Source of the DNA: Candidatus Aquitaenariimonas noxiae
Lineage (GTDB): Bacteria > Omnitrophota > Gorgyraeia > Aquitaenariimonadales > Aquitaenariimonadaceae
NCBI GenBank assembly: GCA_002780005.1
Contig: PEWV01000071.1
Span: 69,754 to 133,753, forward strand
Direction: 5' to 3'
DNA length: 64,000 nucleotides
This document shows, one piece after another, positions 1-9,992 of the stretch (positions within the stretch are counted from its first letter, which is position 1; the number at the start of each line of letters is the position of its first letter). The notes beneath the pieces were generated by a model. The model was not told the DNA's origin, searched no databases, and saw only the letters and a program-made list of their open reading frames with translations. The translations under genes were made by a program, and so were the position numbers.

Positions 1-695
1 TACGGGATTTTGTCTCTCCGGATCCTGCTAGAAAAAAAGAACGTAATGCGTTCTTTGAGTTTGCGAATATTAAAAGCGGGGCACGCGTTCTTGACTTTGG
101 TTGCGGAACTGGGTCGTATACAATTCCGTTATTATCAAAAGGGTGCGTAGTTACTGCCATAGATTCATCGGGGGTCTCACTAAACATTTTACAAGAAAAG
201 AGCCAAAGGCTTAATTTGAGCCAAAATCTTGAAAGAACCATTCATGGTTCTTTAGACGACCATATCGATGAATATAAAGATTATTTCGATTACGTGGTAT
301 TTGTCGATGTACTGCATCACGTAGCTGATATGAAAAGGACGATATCTCATTTGCAAAAAGTGCTAAAGAAGGGGGGCTATATAATAGGTATGGAGCCAAA
401 TGGCAAATTCCCACTTTGGAGATTTTATGGTTTAGTTACCCCGACTTTTGTTTGGAAGGAAGAAAAAGGCGTAAGACATTGCAGGGTAGAGAGATTTGAG
501 CGCATATTTAAAGAACTGAATCTTGAAGATTTTAGCTACAGGTATTGGTCCCTTGTGCCGGGCATCCTTGCCAATCGCATGCCGCTATTATTTCAACTCA
601 ATGATTTTCTTATCCAGCTTAGATGTGTTGCTCAATTCTCAGGTTTTATCATGATAAAGGCGAAAAAGGCTGATTACGGCAAAGAAACTGCATAA
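1..695 (+). CDS. class I SAM-dependent methyltransferase, 5' end outside window
   Basis: The frame is open from position 3. The translation gives VLDFGCGTGSYTIPL (SAM motif I) ahead of the listed 216..695 ORF (TTG start), which is only the C-terminal part. Confidence 0.75.
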   Translation, partial: RDFVSPDPARKKERNAFFEFANIKSGARVLDFGCGTGSYTIPLLSKGCVVTAIDSSGVSLNILQEKSQRLNLSQNLERTIHGSLDDHIDEYKDYFDYVVFVDVLHHVADMKRTISHLQKVLKKGGYIIGMEPNGKFPLWRFYGLVTPTFVWKEEKGVRHCRVERFERIFKELNLEDFSYRYWSLVPGILANRMPLLFQLNDFLIQLRCVAQFSGFIMIKAKKADYGKETA

Positions 696-717
696 AATAA
701 GAACGAAATAATATATT

Positions 718-1638
718 ATGGTGCCACTCAAAGAATCCTATTTACAAATTTTGGCATGTCCGATGTGCAAATCACATCTGATTCAAAAAGGAGATACTCT
801 ATATTGTGCGGATTGCAATAATAGTTATCCGATAGAAGACGGGATACCGAACCTGCTTCCAAAAAAAGTAAGTACCGAATTCTCAGATTCAATGAACCTT
901 TGGAACAAAAGGTATAGCTCGGAAGGCCCAGAATTAGACGAGCCTTATCAAAATTCGTATATCATCGATAATCTAAAACATATAAATCGATTCTGGGCTT
1001 CCGACAGGAAGGGGTTCTTTCTCGAGGCCGGTTGCGGAACAGCTAATGTTTCAAGGTTTTTTTCTCGAGAAGGTAGAAGGGTAGTCGGAATAGACTTTTC
1101 TATGAATGCCTTAAAAAAGGCAAAGGCTGCTTTCAACAATGAACGCTTGGATTTTTTGTTTGTATGCTGCGATATCAGAAACCTGCCTTTCAGGAATGAT
1201 GTCTTCGAATTTATCTACGCGGGAGGGTCAATAGAACATTTTGAGGATACGAAATCCTCAGTTGCGGAGTTTCGCAGAACCCTGAAACCGGGGGGGAAGT
1301 TAACGGCGCTCGTACCGGTCATTTCGCTCAGCATGCTGACTTATGGCATGTTATACGGAAATCTTCCGGCAGTTCCAGGATTTTTTAATATCGCAAAATT
1401 CGTGCATCATCGATTACTTAAAGGAAAATTTGCCATATACGGTTATGAGAAATCATTCACTGTAGGCCAGATCACGAACATATTCGAAAACGGCGGATTG
1501 AATAATATCGAAACCGGCTATTACGACAGTTATTATGAAATTAAAATGTTTAAATCCGAGTTTCTTAAAAATATTTGCAAAAAATTGCTTAAGCACAGAC
1601 TATTTTGGCCAATGATTTACGTTAATGGAGAAAAATGA
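718..1638 (+). CDS. SAM-dependent methyltransferase with N-terminal Trm112-like zinc-ribbon domain
   Basis: The N-terminus LQILACPMCKSHL...YCADC is a Trm112/DUF343-like motif. The central LEAGCGTANVSRF...GIDFS region is a Methyltransf_11-type SAM motif. Confidence 0.75.
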   Translation: MVPLKESYLQILACPMCKSHLIQKGDTLYCADCNNSYPIEDGIPNLLPKKVSTEFSDSMNLWNKRYSSEGPELDEPYQNSYIIDNLKHINRFWASDRKGFFLEAGCGTANVSRFFSREGRRVVGIDFSMNALKKAKAAFNNERLDFLFVCCDIRNLPFRNDVFEFIYAGGSIEHFEDTKSSVAEFRRTLKPGGKLTALVPVISLSMLTYGMLYGNLPAVPGFFNIAKFVHHRLLKGKFAIYGYEKSFTVGQITNIFENGGLNNIETGYYDSYYEIKMFKSEFLKNICKKLLKHRLFWPMIYVNGEK

Positions 1639-3359
1639 AACGGCACATCAATAATATCTTTGCGTATTCTACTTTTCTTATTTTATCTATCGCTGTAATG
1701 TCAGGCGTGCTTCGCAACATTTCTACAGTCATGTATGGCCAGCCGGGTGACCCATTTTTTGACATTTGGAAAAGTTGGTACTTTAAGTATGCCTTTTTAC
1801 ATAATAAACCGTTTTATTTTTCGGATTTTTTAGGCGCCCCATTTGGCAGCGATCTAACCCAAATACCATATCACTTATTTTGGGATAAACTCTTTTTTGT
1901 AGTCACACTCATATCTAATGAGGTTTTCGCATACAATTTATTCATGTTTTTGAGCTTCTTCCTTTCGGGTATAATAATGTATCATCTGGTGTTCTATCTT
2001 ACAAGAGACCGGGCTGTCAGTATTTTTTCGGGAATAGCTTATATGTTTTGCCCTTATCACCTGGCGCATTCGCTCGGGCATCTTGGCTTAGCCAGCATAC
2101 AATGGCTTCCTTTACTGCTTTTATTTATTCTAAAAGCATTTGATACGGCTGAACTGAAAAATTTTGCGTTATTAAGTTTGTCGCTCTTATTAGTCTTTAT
2201 ATCAAATTATTATTACGGCGTGTTCTCGTATTTAATCGTTTTGGTTTTCATCTTATCTTTTATAATCATCAATAGGGTTAAAGTCACGTTTAAAATAGTA
2301 TCGTCATTCACAATTTCGTTTTTAATCGCTATTATCTTGACGCTTATCATAGCTTTACCGCCATATCTGAATACGCTGGGTCGGCCTATTGACGCTCCGG
2401 GATCAACCGACATAACTTACGCCGCGCCGTTAAAAGACCTGTTTACGGGCTCTGCCAGGCCGTTAAGCTATCTTTTGCCGTCATATATGCATCCTATTTT
2501 TGGCAGCTTTACGAAGCTGCTCGTAGGTTTTCCTCTTTATGGCGACACGGAAACCGAACACTCTTTATATCTGGGAATTTTTCCTCTAATACTGTCATGG
2601 CTAGCTATAAGGCGCAGAACAAAAATATCTAAGCTTTTTTTAATCCTTTTAGTTGCAACCGTTATTTTTTCAATGCCTCCGTACATAAAACTTCTCAGCT
2701 TAAAGATATATCTCCCGCAATTTTTTATTTTTAAAACACTTCCTTCATTTAGGACATTTGCAAGATTCGGAATTTTCGCAATGCTCTGTATAAGCGTATT
2801 AGCCGGATTTGGTTTAAAGGAGCTGCTCCGTAGAGCGCGTAATAAAAAAATGCGTGTTTTAATATACGCTATTTCGATCGCGATAGTCTTGTTCGAATTT
2901 TTAGTAAACCCATTTCAGTACAAATTTGACCTCGGGAAAGCACCTGAAGTGTATAAATGGCTTGCTCAAGAGAAAGGTGATTTCATTATTTGCGAGTATC
3001 CTTTGAATAAAGCCCCTGTGTTCCGCGGGGACTGGTTAATTTGGCAAAGAATTCATGGAAAAAGAACAGCTGACGTGGCGCCTCACGGTTCGTATTCATC
3101 GCGCTTTAGGAAAGATATTTTTAAGCTGCAAGATGCAAACACGCCTGGTATATTAAAGTGGTTAGGTGTAAAATATGCAATTGTGCACCTGGACGATATG
3201 AAAGAAAGCGAGTCTTTGGACATTGTGGGCATATTGCCTAATTTTAACAAGCAGGAGGGCCTGAAGCTCGTAAAAAGATTCAAGGAATCAAATATAGAAA
3301 TTTATGAAGTGACAGCAAAGCCTATAAATCCAGAAAGTGCAGAAGGAGAAGAATTATGA
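1635..3359 (+). CDS. large polytopic membrane protein, possible GT-C-type glycosyltransferase (ArnT/PMT/YfhO-like)
   Basis: It has more than 10 predicted TM helices followed by a C-terminal soluble domain, and sits in a glycosyltransferase cluster. No family-defining motif was confirmed. Confidence 0.4.
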   Translation: MKRHINNIFAYSTFLILSIAVMSGVLRNISTVMYGQPGDPFFDIWKSWYFKYAFLHNKPFYFSDFLGAPFGSDLTQIPYHLFWDKLFFVVTLISNEVFAYNLFMFLSFFLSGIIMYHLVFYLTRDRAVSIFSGIAYMFCPYHLAHSLGHLGLASIQWLPLLLLFILKAFDTAELKNFALLSLSLLLVFISNYYYGVFSYLIVLVFILSFIIINRVKVTFKIVSSFTISFLIAIILTLIIALPPYLNTLGRPIDAPGSTDITYAAPLKDLFTGSARPLSYLLPSYMHPIFGSFTKLLVGFPLYGDTETEHSLYLGIFPLILSWLAIRRRTKISKLFLILLVATVIFSMPPYIKLLSLKIYLPQFFIFKTLPSFRTFARFGIFAMLCISVLAGFGLKELLRRARNKKMRVLIYAISIAIVLFEFLVNPFQYKFDLGKAPEVYKWLAQEKGDFIICEYPLNKAPVFRGDWLIWQRIHGKRTADVAPHGSYSSRFRKDIFKLQDANTPGILKWLGVKYAIVHLDDMKESESLDIVGILPNFNKQEGLKLVKRFKESNIEIYEVTAKPINPESAEGEEL

Positions 3360-4165
3360 TCAAAAAAATTATCGGTTTTATTATTATCGCCGTAGCGATA
3401 TCCATTATTATTCTGCTTTTTGTAGAATATTCAAAAGGAAAGCCGAGTTCTATTCTCAACAATGTAACCTTGAAGCATAACTCTTCCGGAATATCAAAAA
3501 TATCTCCACTTGAAGGGGAAAAATTATCGTATATAATAAAATATCTATGGATAATACCGTTAGGGACGGTCGATATCGAAACAGGCAATATCGCTGATTA
3601 CGAAAACCGCAAGGCATATCCTTTAGTTGCATCCGGGAGAGTATCTAATTTTATATCTACATTTGTAAAAGCCGAAGGGGTTATAAGGTCATACGTAGAT
3701 ACGGATACCCTGCATACATGGCGATACGAGGAAAAATCGCAGGCTGAAGGGCACAGGCCGTCTAATAAGGTCATACTATATGACCAAATTGCTAATATCA
3801 TGGAATACAAAAATATAAAGCGCAGTATACCGGCAAATACTCAAGACCCTCTATCAGCATTATTCTACCTAAGGTGGCAGCCTTACCAGGACAATAGTGA
3901 TATAAAGTTCAATATAAACAGCAATAAAGACAACTATGATCTTGAAACTAAATTTTTGCGCAAAGAATCGATAAAACTACAGTCCGGCATGGCAGAACTT
4001 CTTTTATTGCAGTCTAATATCAGGAGTCAAAAAGGATATTCTCGATCCGAGGCGAAAATCATTACATATCTTACGGACGACGCGTCCAGAACGCCGGTTC
4101 TCTTAAAAATACGAACGATATTCGGCCCGCTCGTCGTCAGATTAACGGGCGTTGAATACAAATGA
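3356..4165 (+). CDS. hypothetical membrane-anchored protein (N-terminal TM, periplasmic body)
   Basis: There is a single hydrophobic N-terminal helix, and the gene is translationally coupled to its neighbours. Confidence 0.5.
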   Translation: MIKKIIGFIIIAVAISIIILLFVEYSKGKPSSILNNVTLKHNSSGISKISPLEGEKLSYIIKYLWIIPLGTVDIETGNIADYENRKAYPLVASGRVSNFISTFVKAEGVIRSYVDTDTLHTWRYEEKSQAEGHRPSNKVILYDQIANIMEYKNIKRSIPANTQDPLSALFYLRWQPYQDNSDIKFNINSNKDNYDLETKFLRKESIKLQSGMAELLLLQSNIRSQKGYSRSEAKIITYLTDDASRTPVLLKIRTIFGPLVVRLTGVEYK

Positions 4166-5280
4166 AAATCGGAATTGACATAAGGTCTACTTTAAAGCAG
4201 AAAACGGGCATTGGCTATTATACACTTAATCTGATTAACGGGCTTGCTAAGGTAGATCCTGAAAACTTATACTTTCTTTATAGCCATATGCGGCTGTTTG
4301 ACTTTAAGAAGCGGCTTCCGGACGTACCGGCTCCAAATTTTAAGCACAGAACGGATAGGCTCTCATTCAGACCCGACCTAAAAATGAATGATATGGACAC
4401 ATTCCACAGTTCGAGTTATGATATGCCAAAGTTTAAATCCGCTAAACTTATTACTACGATACATGATATAATTCCTCTCGTTTACCCTGAGGGTTATCCG
4501 AGCGAAGTTTTAAATAAATTGGAGCATAATATAAAAAAAGTACTTAACGAAAGTGCATTAATAATAACCGATTCAAATAATACGAAAAAAGATTTGACGG
4601 CGCGATTCGGACCAAAAAATAGAATTGACGTTATATATCCTGGCCGCGATGAGTCTCTTGCTCCGATAGATAACAAAAAAAAAGCTTCTGATTATTTAAA
4701 AAATAAATACGGAATAGAAAAAGAATTTATTCTTTTTGTCGGGACTATTGAGAAGCGTAAAAACGTAGCTGGTCTTATTGAGGCGTTTCTAGATTTAAAA
4801 ACAAAAAAGAAAATACCTCATTTGCTGGTTATTGTCGGGATGAGGGGGTGGGGAGGGGATGCGGCTTTTCGCCTGGCTTCGAATTCGAACTTAAAGAACG
4901 AAATAATCTTTACGGGGTATGTTACACGGAAAGATTTAGAATCGTTTTATAATATAGCGTCCGCGTTTGTGTATCCATCGTTTTATGAAGGATTTGGCTT
5001 CCCCATTATAGAAGCCTTTAGTTTCGGCGTACCGGTCGTCACAGCGGACACAACAAGCTGCGGAGAGATTGCCGGAGATGCGGCTCTAATAGTGAACCCG
5101 GAAGATAAAGATGCACTGCGGGAGGCTATCTTAAAAGTTATTGATGATGACAATTATAAAAAAAAGCTTATCGAAAAAGGCTTTGCGCGCTTAAATTTAT
5201 TTTCGTGGAAAAAAACAGCGGAACAATTTAAAAAAATATTTTACGAAATAGGCGGACAAAATGAATCCAAAAAAAATTAA
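4162..5280 (+). CDS. glycosyltransferase family 4 (GT1/GT4 fold)
   Basis: It has the C-terminal EGFGFPIIEAFSFGVPVV...D motif (EX7E) typical of GT4 retaining transferases. Confidence 0.85.
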   Translation: MKIGIDIRSTLKQKTGIGYYTLNLINGLAKVDPENLYFLYSHMRLFDFKKRLPDVPAPNFKHRTDRLSFRPDLKMNDMDTFHSSSYDMPKFKSAKLITTIHDIIPLVYPEGYPSEVLNKLEHNIKKVLNESALIITDSNNTKKDLTARFGPKNRIDVIYPGRDESLAPIDNKKKASDYLKNKYGIEKEFILFVGTIEKRKNVAGLIEAFLDLKTKKKIPHLLVIVGMRGWGGDAAFRLASNSNLKNEIIFTGYVTRKDLESFYNIASAFVYPSFYEGFGFPIIEAFSFGVPVVTADTTSCGEIAGDAALIVNPEDKDALREAILKVIDDDNYKKKLIEKGFARLNLFSWKKTAEQFKKIFYEIGGQNESKKN

Positions 5281-7162
5281 GAATATATTGATCATCAACC
5301 CGTTTGGCATAGGCGACGTGCTTTTTTCAACGCCTTTGGTAAAAGCCTTACGAGAGCATTACCCGGGAGGTTTCATAGGTTACGTTTGCAATAGAAGGAC
5401 CGAGCCGCTTCTTGCCGCGAACCCTGATATTGATAAGGTCTTTGTGTATGAGAAAGATGAATTTAGAAAATTGTGGGCGAAGTCAAAGTGGAAATGGTTG
5501 AAAGGATTTATAAAACTTCTTAAGCAAATAAAAAAGAATAGATTTAATGTTTTAATAGACCTTTCTTTGGGCCATCAATATAGCTCCATATCGTTTCTCT
5601 TGGGCGTGCGTCAAAGAATAGGATTCAATTACAAAAATCGCGGCCGTTTTCTAACGCACAAAATAGACATTGAAGGTTACGATTCGAAGCATATTGTGGA
5701 TTATTATCTTTCTCTTCTACAATTTCTGGACATAGAAACGCCGAAGGTCGCAAAATTGCAATTTGTTACGCAGCTTTCAGATAAAAAATGGGCAAAAGAT
5801 TTTATAGCCGCACACGGCGTTGACAAAAAAGATCTGATCATCGGAGTCATCCCGGGAGGAGGGGAGAGCTGGGGCGAAAAAGCGGTCTACAAGCATTGGG
5901 GCGAACAGAACTTCACGAAAATAATAGATAAGCTAAGCTCTGAACTTTCAGCAAAAATAATAGTTTTCGGCGGTCCGCAGGAATCTGCAAAATGCAAGAG
6001 GATCGTGTCCGCGTGTAAAAGCGCGCCGATAAACGCCTGCGGAGGCGCAAGCTTAGGCGGATTTGCCGCGCTTTTAAGATTCTGCGACCTGGTAATTGCG
6101 AATGATGGCGGCCCTCTGCACGTAGCAGTTAGCCAAGGCGCCGCTACCGTTTCAATATTCGGGCCCGTTGACGAGGCTGTTTACGGCCCGCATCCGCCAA
6201 GCAAAGATAATATAGTGGTCAAAAAAAACGTCGACTGCCGCCCATGTTATAGGAAATTTAAAATACCTGAATGCAGCAACAGAATATGCCTTCAGGATAT
6301 AGCGGTAGAGGACGTGTTTAAAATAGCGAAACAGATTATCGCGAGAAAAACTTTTGCCGATAAGGAAAAGCGGTTCTTGGAACTAAAAATTCCCGTTACG
6401 GTGGTAGTATTGACTAAGAATGAAGAGTCTAATATCGCCGATTGCCTGGACAGCGTAACATGGGCCGATGAAATAATACTAGTGGACGATATGAGCGCAG
6501 ACAAAACCTGCGATGTAGCGTCAAAATATACAAATAAAATATTCAAGCGAAAAATGGATGTGGAAGGCTCCCACAGAAATTGGGCATATAGCCAAGCCAG
6601 AAATAAGTGGGTCTTAAGCCTGGACGCGGATGAAATGGTTTCTGACGGCTTGCGGACAGAGATCGAAAGATTGATGAAGGGGCCTATAAGGTTCAGCGCA
6701 TTTTCCATCCCCCTGCGTAACTTTATAGGAAAATATTGGGTGCGCCATGGGGGCTGGTATCCTGCTGGAAAAGTGAGACTATTCAATAAAGATAAATTCC
6801 GTTATGAGGAAGTCGGCGTCCATCCTCGAGTTTTTATTGACGGTGAATGCGGACATCTTACAAAAGACATCATACATAAAGGCTATCCGAATCTTGCGCA
6901 TTTCCTGGATAGCCTCAACAGGCAAACTACGCTTGAAGCGCAGAAATGGGTCGATGATAAGCGGAAGATGTCCTTTGGTATTGGGCTTAGAAAGGCGCAC
7001 GACAGGTTCTTTAAGGCTTATGTATTGAAAAAAGGCTACAAGGACGGCTTTATAGGATTCATGGTGGCTTTCTTTGCGTATCTATACCAGATCATGAGTT
7101 ATGCCAAGTACTGGGAATTAAAAAAACAGACGGAAGAAGAAAATAAAAATGCAACCCGATAA
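5261..7162 (+). CDS. fusion protein: GT9 heptosyltransferase-like domain + GT2 glycosyltransferase domain
   Basis: The N-terminus ILIINPFGIGDVLFSTPLVKALREHYP resembles RfaF/WaaC GT9. The C-terminus VTVVVLTKNEESNIADCLDSV...EIILVDDMSAD has the GT2 DXD architecture. Confidence 0.8.
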   Translation: MNPKKIKNILIINPFGIGDVLFSTPLVKALREHYPGGFIGYVCNRRTEPLLAANPDIDKVFVYEKDEFRKLWAKSKWKWLKGFIKLLKQIKKNRFNVLIDLSLGHQYSSISFLLGVRQRIGFNYKNRGRFLTHKIDIEGYDSKHIVDYYLSLLQFLDIETPKVAKLQFVTQLSDKKWAKDFIAAHGVDKKDLIIGVIPGGGESWGEKAVYKHWGEQNFTKIIDKLSSELSAKIIVFGGPQESAKCKRIVSACKSAPINACGGASLGGFAALLRFCDLVIANDGGPLHVAVSQGAATVSIFGPVDEAVYGPHPPSKDNIVVKKNVDCRPCYRKFKIPECSNRICLQDIAVEDVFKIAKQIIARKTFADKEKRFLELKIPVTVVVLTKNEESNIADCLDSVTWADEIILVDDMSADKTCDVASKYTNKIFKRKMDVEGSHRNWAYSQARNKWVLSLDADEMVSDGLRTEIERLMKGPIRFSAFSIPLRNFIGKYWVRHGGWYPAGKVRLFNKDKFRYEEVGVHPRVFIDGECGHLTKDIIHKGYPNLAHFLDSLNRQTTLEAQKWVDDKRKMSFGIGLRKAHDRFFKAYVLKKGYKDGFIGFMVAFFAYLYQIMSYAKYWELKKQTEEENKNATR

Positions 7163-8282
7163 ATGCTGCGACATAGTGATACCTGTTTGGAATGAGTATA
7201 AATTAACAAAAACCTGTATCGAGAGCATTCGAAAGAATACTGATTTCCCATACAGGATTATCGCCGTCGATAACGGCAGCGATAGCGAAACTAAAGGCTA
7301 TCTCGAGTCCTGTAAGAGCAGTGATCCGGCAAATTTTGCGTTAGTCCGAAACGAGGAAAATCTCGGGTTCGTAAAAGCCTCCAATCAGGGCATGCGGTTA
7401 TCGAACGCAAAATATGTCTGCCTTTTGAACAATGATACGATTGTGGGCGAAAAATGGCTTGGCATCATGATAAATGTGTTAGAAAACAATAGTTCTATAG
7501 GCTTGTTGAATCCCTTAAGCAACACATTCGGCCGTGGGCCTAAAGATATTATTGATATCGACGATTATTCGCGCAAAATAGCCCTTAAAAAAGATAGGTT
7601 CGTCGAGGCCGGGCAATGCATAGGATTCTGCATGCTGATGAGGAGGGGGGTAATTGATAGAATCGGCCATTTAAGCGAAAATTCAACATTTATGTTTTTC
7701 GAAGATACGGATTATTCTATCAGGGCAAGAAATATGGGATTTATATGCGCAATAGCTATGGGTGCGTATGTATATCATTATGAGCACAAATCGGGCGATA
7801 AGCTCGGAAGCAAGCAGGGGGAAATTTTCCAAGAAAATCAGAAATTATTCTATAAGAAATGGGGGGAACCGCTGCGGATCGTCTACGTCTCCAGCGTAGA
7901 CCCGAAGACCAGTCGGGAGTTATTAAAAAGAAATATCGGAGAGGCGATCTCAATATCAAAAAAAGGCAACTATGTTTATATATTTCAACGAGGAAAATTT
8001 AAAGGCGATATTGATGATTTTTACGAATCTCTGGGTCTTGTTCGTTTTTTGAACGCGCAGATATTTTTTAAAGACAAATCTTTTAAGCTGTACTGCATAT
8101 ATAGAATACTTACGAGAAGAAAGAAACGTTTTGATGCGATATTCGCGAATGATTCCGATTTTTATAGTCTTTTAAAAAAAATATTTTTCTTCCATCGGAT
8201 AGCCATATATCGAAATCTGAACGAAGCAGATGCTGTAAATTTGTGGAGTAAACGGCACAAGAATGCGAGGAGTGTCGAATAA
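7149..8282 (+). CDS. glycosyltransferase family 2
   Basis: IVIPVWNEYKLTKTCIESI...IIAVDNGSDSET is a GT2 N-terminal signature. Confidence 0.8.
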   Translation: MQPDKCCDIVIPVWNEYKLTKTCIESIRKNTDFPYRIIAVDNGSDSETKGYLESCKSSDPANFALVRNEENLGFVKASNQGMRLSNAKYVCLLNNDTIVGEKWLGIMINVLENNSSIGLLNPLSNTFGRGPKDIIDIDDYSRKIALKKDRFVEAGQCIGFCMLMRRGVIDRIGHLSENSTFMFFEDTDYSIRARNMGFICAIAMGAYVYHYEHKSGDKLGSKQGEIFQENQKLFYKKWGEPLRIVYVSSVDPKTSRELLKRNIGEAISISKKGNYVYIFQRGKFKGDIDDFYESLGLVRFLNAQIFFKDKSFKLYCIYRILTRRKKRFDAIFANDSDFYSLLKKIFFFHRIAIYRNLNEADAVNLWSKRHKNARSVE

Positions 8283-9992
8283 GTGATTATTTTAGGGATT
8301 TCAGGCCCGTTTGAGCATGACCCGTCAGCCGCTATTCTCGTTGACGGTAAAATTGTCGCAGCCTGCGAAGAAGAGCGTTTTATAAGAAAAAAACATGCTA
8401 TTTGGGAATTGCCGATAAATTCTATACATTACTGCCTCGAAGCCGCCAAAGCAAAACCGGCAGATATTAACGTGATTGCTTACCCATGGTCGCCTTTAGC
8501 ATACAAGAGGGGAAAGTGGGCTTATTTCTGGAATGTGCTAGGCTATAGAACTTCCCTGGCTTATAAAACGATAAAAAAAGAAACTCAAAGGTGCAAATCG
8601 CAAAAAAACAGGGCGCGTGTCATGCTGGAGCGAAGCGGCATAGATCCACTCAAAGTAAAGATAGAGCATGTCGAGCACCATCTGGCCCATGCCGCAAGCG
8701 CTTATAACCTATCCGGCTTTAAAGATGCCGCCGTAATGACAATTGACGGCGCAGGAGAATTCGTATCAACCATGTTCGCTGAGGGGGTAGGCGGGAATAT
8801 AAGAAAGATAAAAGAAATATATTACCCTGATTCGCTGGGGCTTTTTTATTCGATCATAACAGAATATCTGGGTTTTGAAATGAATGACGGAGAATATAAG
8901 GTTATGGGCATGGCGCCTTACGGCGAAGCCGCAAAGGCTGATTTTTCGAAAATCATCAAATTCGACGAGTATGGTTACAAAATGAATCAGCGGTATGTTT
9001 ATATCAAAAATAATGAAAAATATATTCCATCTAAATCTTTTTCCCGCAGGATGGTCAAGGATTGGGGGCCGCCGAGAGAAGGGGATGATTTAAAGGCGCC
9101 TTATACGCATATCGCAGCCGGTGCGCAAAAAATTCTAGAAGATGTCACGCTCAAACTATTGAATACCTATTTAAGAGATATCCTTGAAAGAAACGACGGC
9201 AGGCTATGTTTTGCAGGGGGATGCGCATTGAACGTCAGCCTTAACAGGAAAATATTAGAACAACCCTACGTGAAGGAATTCTTCGTACAACCAGCGGCAG
9301 GCGATGCCGGAACGGCCTTAGGGGCTGCCGTTTACGTCGCGCACAAATCCGGAGATGCCATCCAAAAAATGGACCATGTATACCTCGGGCCGGAATACTC
9401 GGCCAAAGAAATAGAAGAGGCTTTAAAAACTAATAACCTAAAATATGAAAATAGCCGGGAAATAGAAAAGGTGGCCGCATCATTATTAACCAGAGGTGAA
9501 GCGGTCGGGTGGTTTCAAGATAGGATGGAATTCGGCCCTCGCGCACTAGGAAATAGGTCAATTTTGGGAAATCCATCCATTCAAGGGGTAAGCGATCGCA
9601 TAAACGCCATTATAAAATACAGGGAAAAGTGGAGACCGTTCTGCCCGTCGGTTTTAGAAGGTTTTGAAAATGAAATATTCGAAAATTACCATGAGTCAGA
9701 ATTTATGACTATGAGCTTTCTTGTGAAAAATCCCTGGAAAAAAAGGATACAAGAAGTGGTTCATGTTGACGGTACGGCGCGTCCGCAGATTGTAAAAAAG
9801 GAAAAAAATGCTAAATTCCACAATCTGATCTCGAGCTTCTATGAAAACACAGGCATTCCTCTATTATTGAATACTTCCATGAATAGGCGCGGCGAACCGA
9901 TGGTTTGTTCGCCGCAGGATGCTATAAATATGTTTGTCGATTCCGGCTTAAAGTACTTGGTGATGGGAGACTTTTTGGCGAGTAAACAATGA
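8283..9992 (+). CDS. carbamoyltransferase (NodU/CmcH family)
   Basis: The N-terminus ILGISGPFEHDPSAAILVDGKIVAACEEERF and the HHLAHAASAY motif match it. Length (569 aa) and architecture also fit NodU/CmcH O-carbamoyltransferases. Confidence 0.85.
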   Translation: MIILGISGPFEHDPSAAILVDGKIVAACEEERFIRKKHAIWELPINSIHYCLEAAKAKPADINVIAYPWSPLAYKRGKWAYFWNVLGYRTSLAYKTIKKETQRCKSQKNRARVMLERSGIDPLKVKIEHVEHHLAHAASAYNLSGFKDAAVMTIDGAGEFVSTMFAEGVGGNIRKIKEIYYPDSLGLFYSIITEYLGFEMNDGEYKVMGMAPYGEAAKADFSKIIKFDEYGYKMNQRYVYIKNNEKYIPSKSFSRRMVKDWGPPREGDDLKAPYTHIAAGAQKILEDVTLKLLNTYLRDILERNDGRLCFAGGCALNVSLNRKILEQPYVKEFFVQPAAGDAGTALGAAVYVAHKSGDAIQKMDHVYLGPEYSAKEIEEALKTNNLKYENSREIEKVAASLLTRGEAVGWFQDRMEFGPRALGNRSILGNPSIQGVSDRINAIIKYREKWRPFCPSVLEGFENEIFENYHESEFMTMSFLVKNPWKKRIQEVVHVDGTARPQIVKKEKNAKFHNLISSFYENTGIPLLLNTSMNRRGEPMVCSPQDAINMFVDSGLKYLVMGDFLASKQ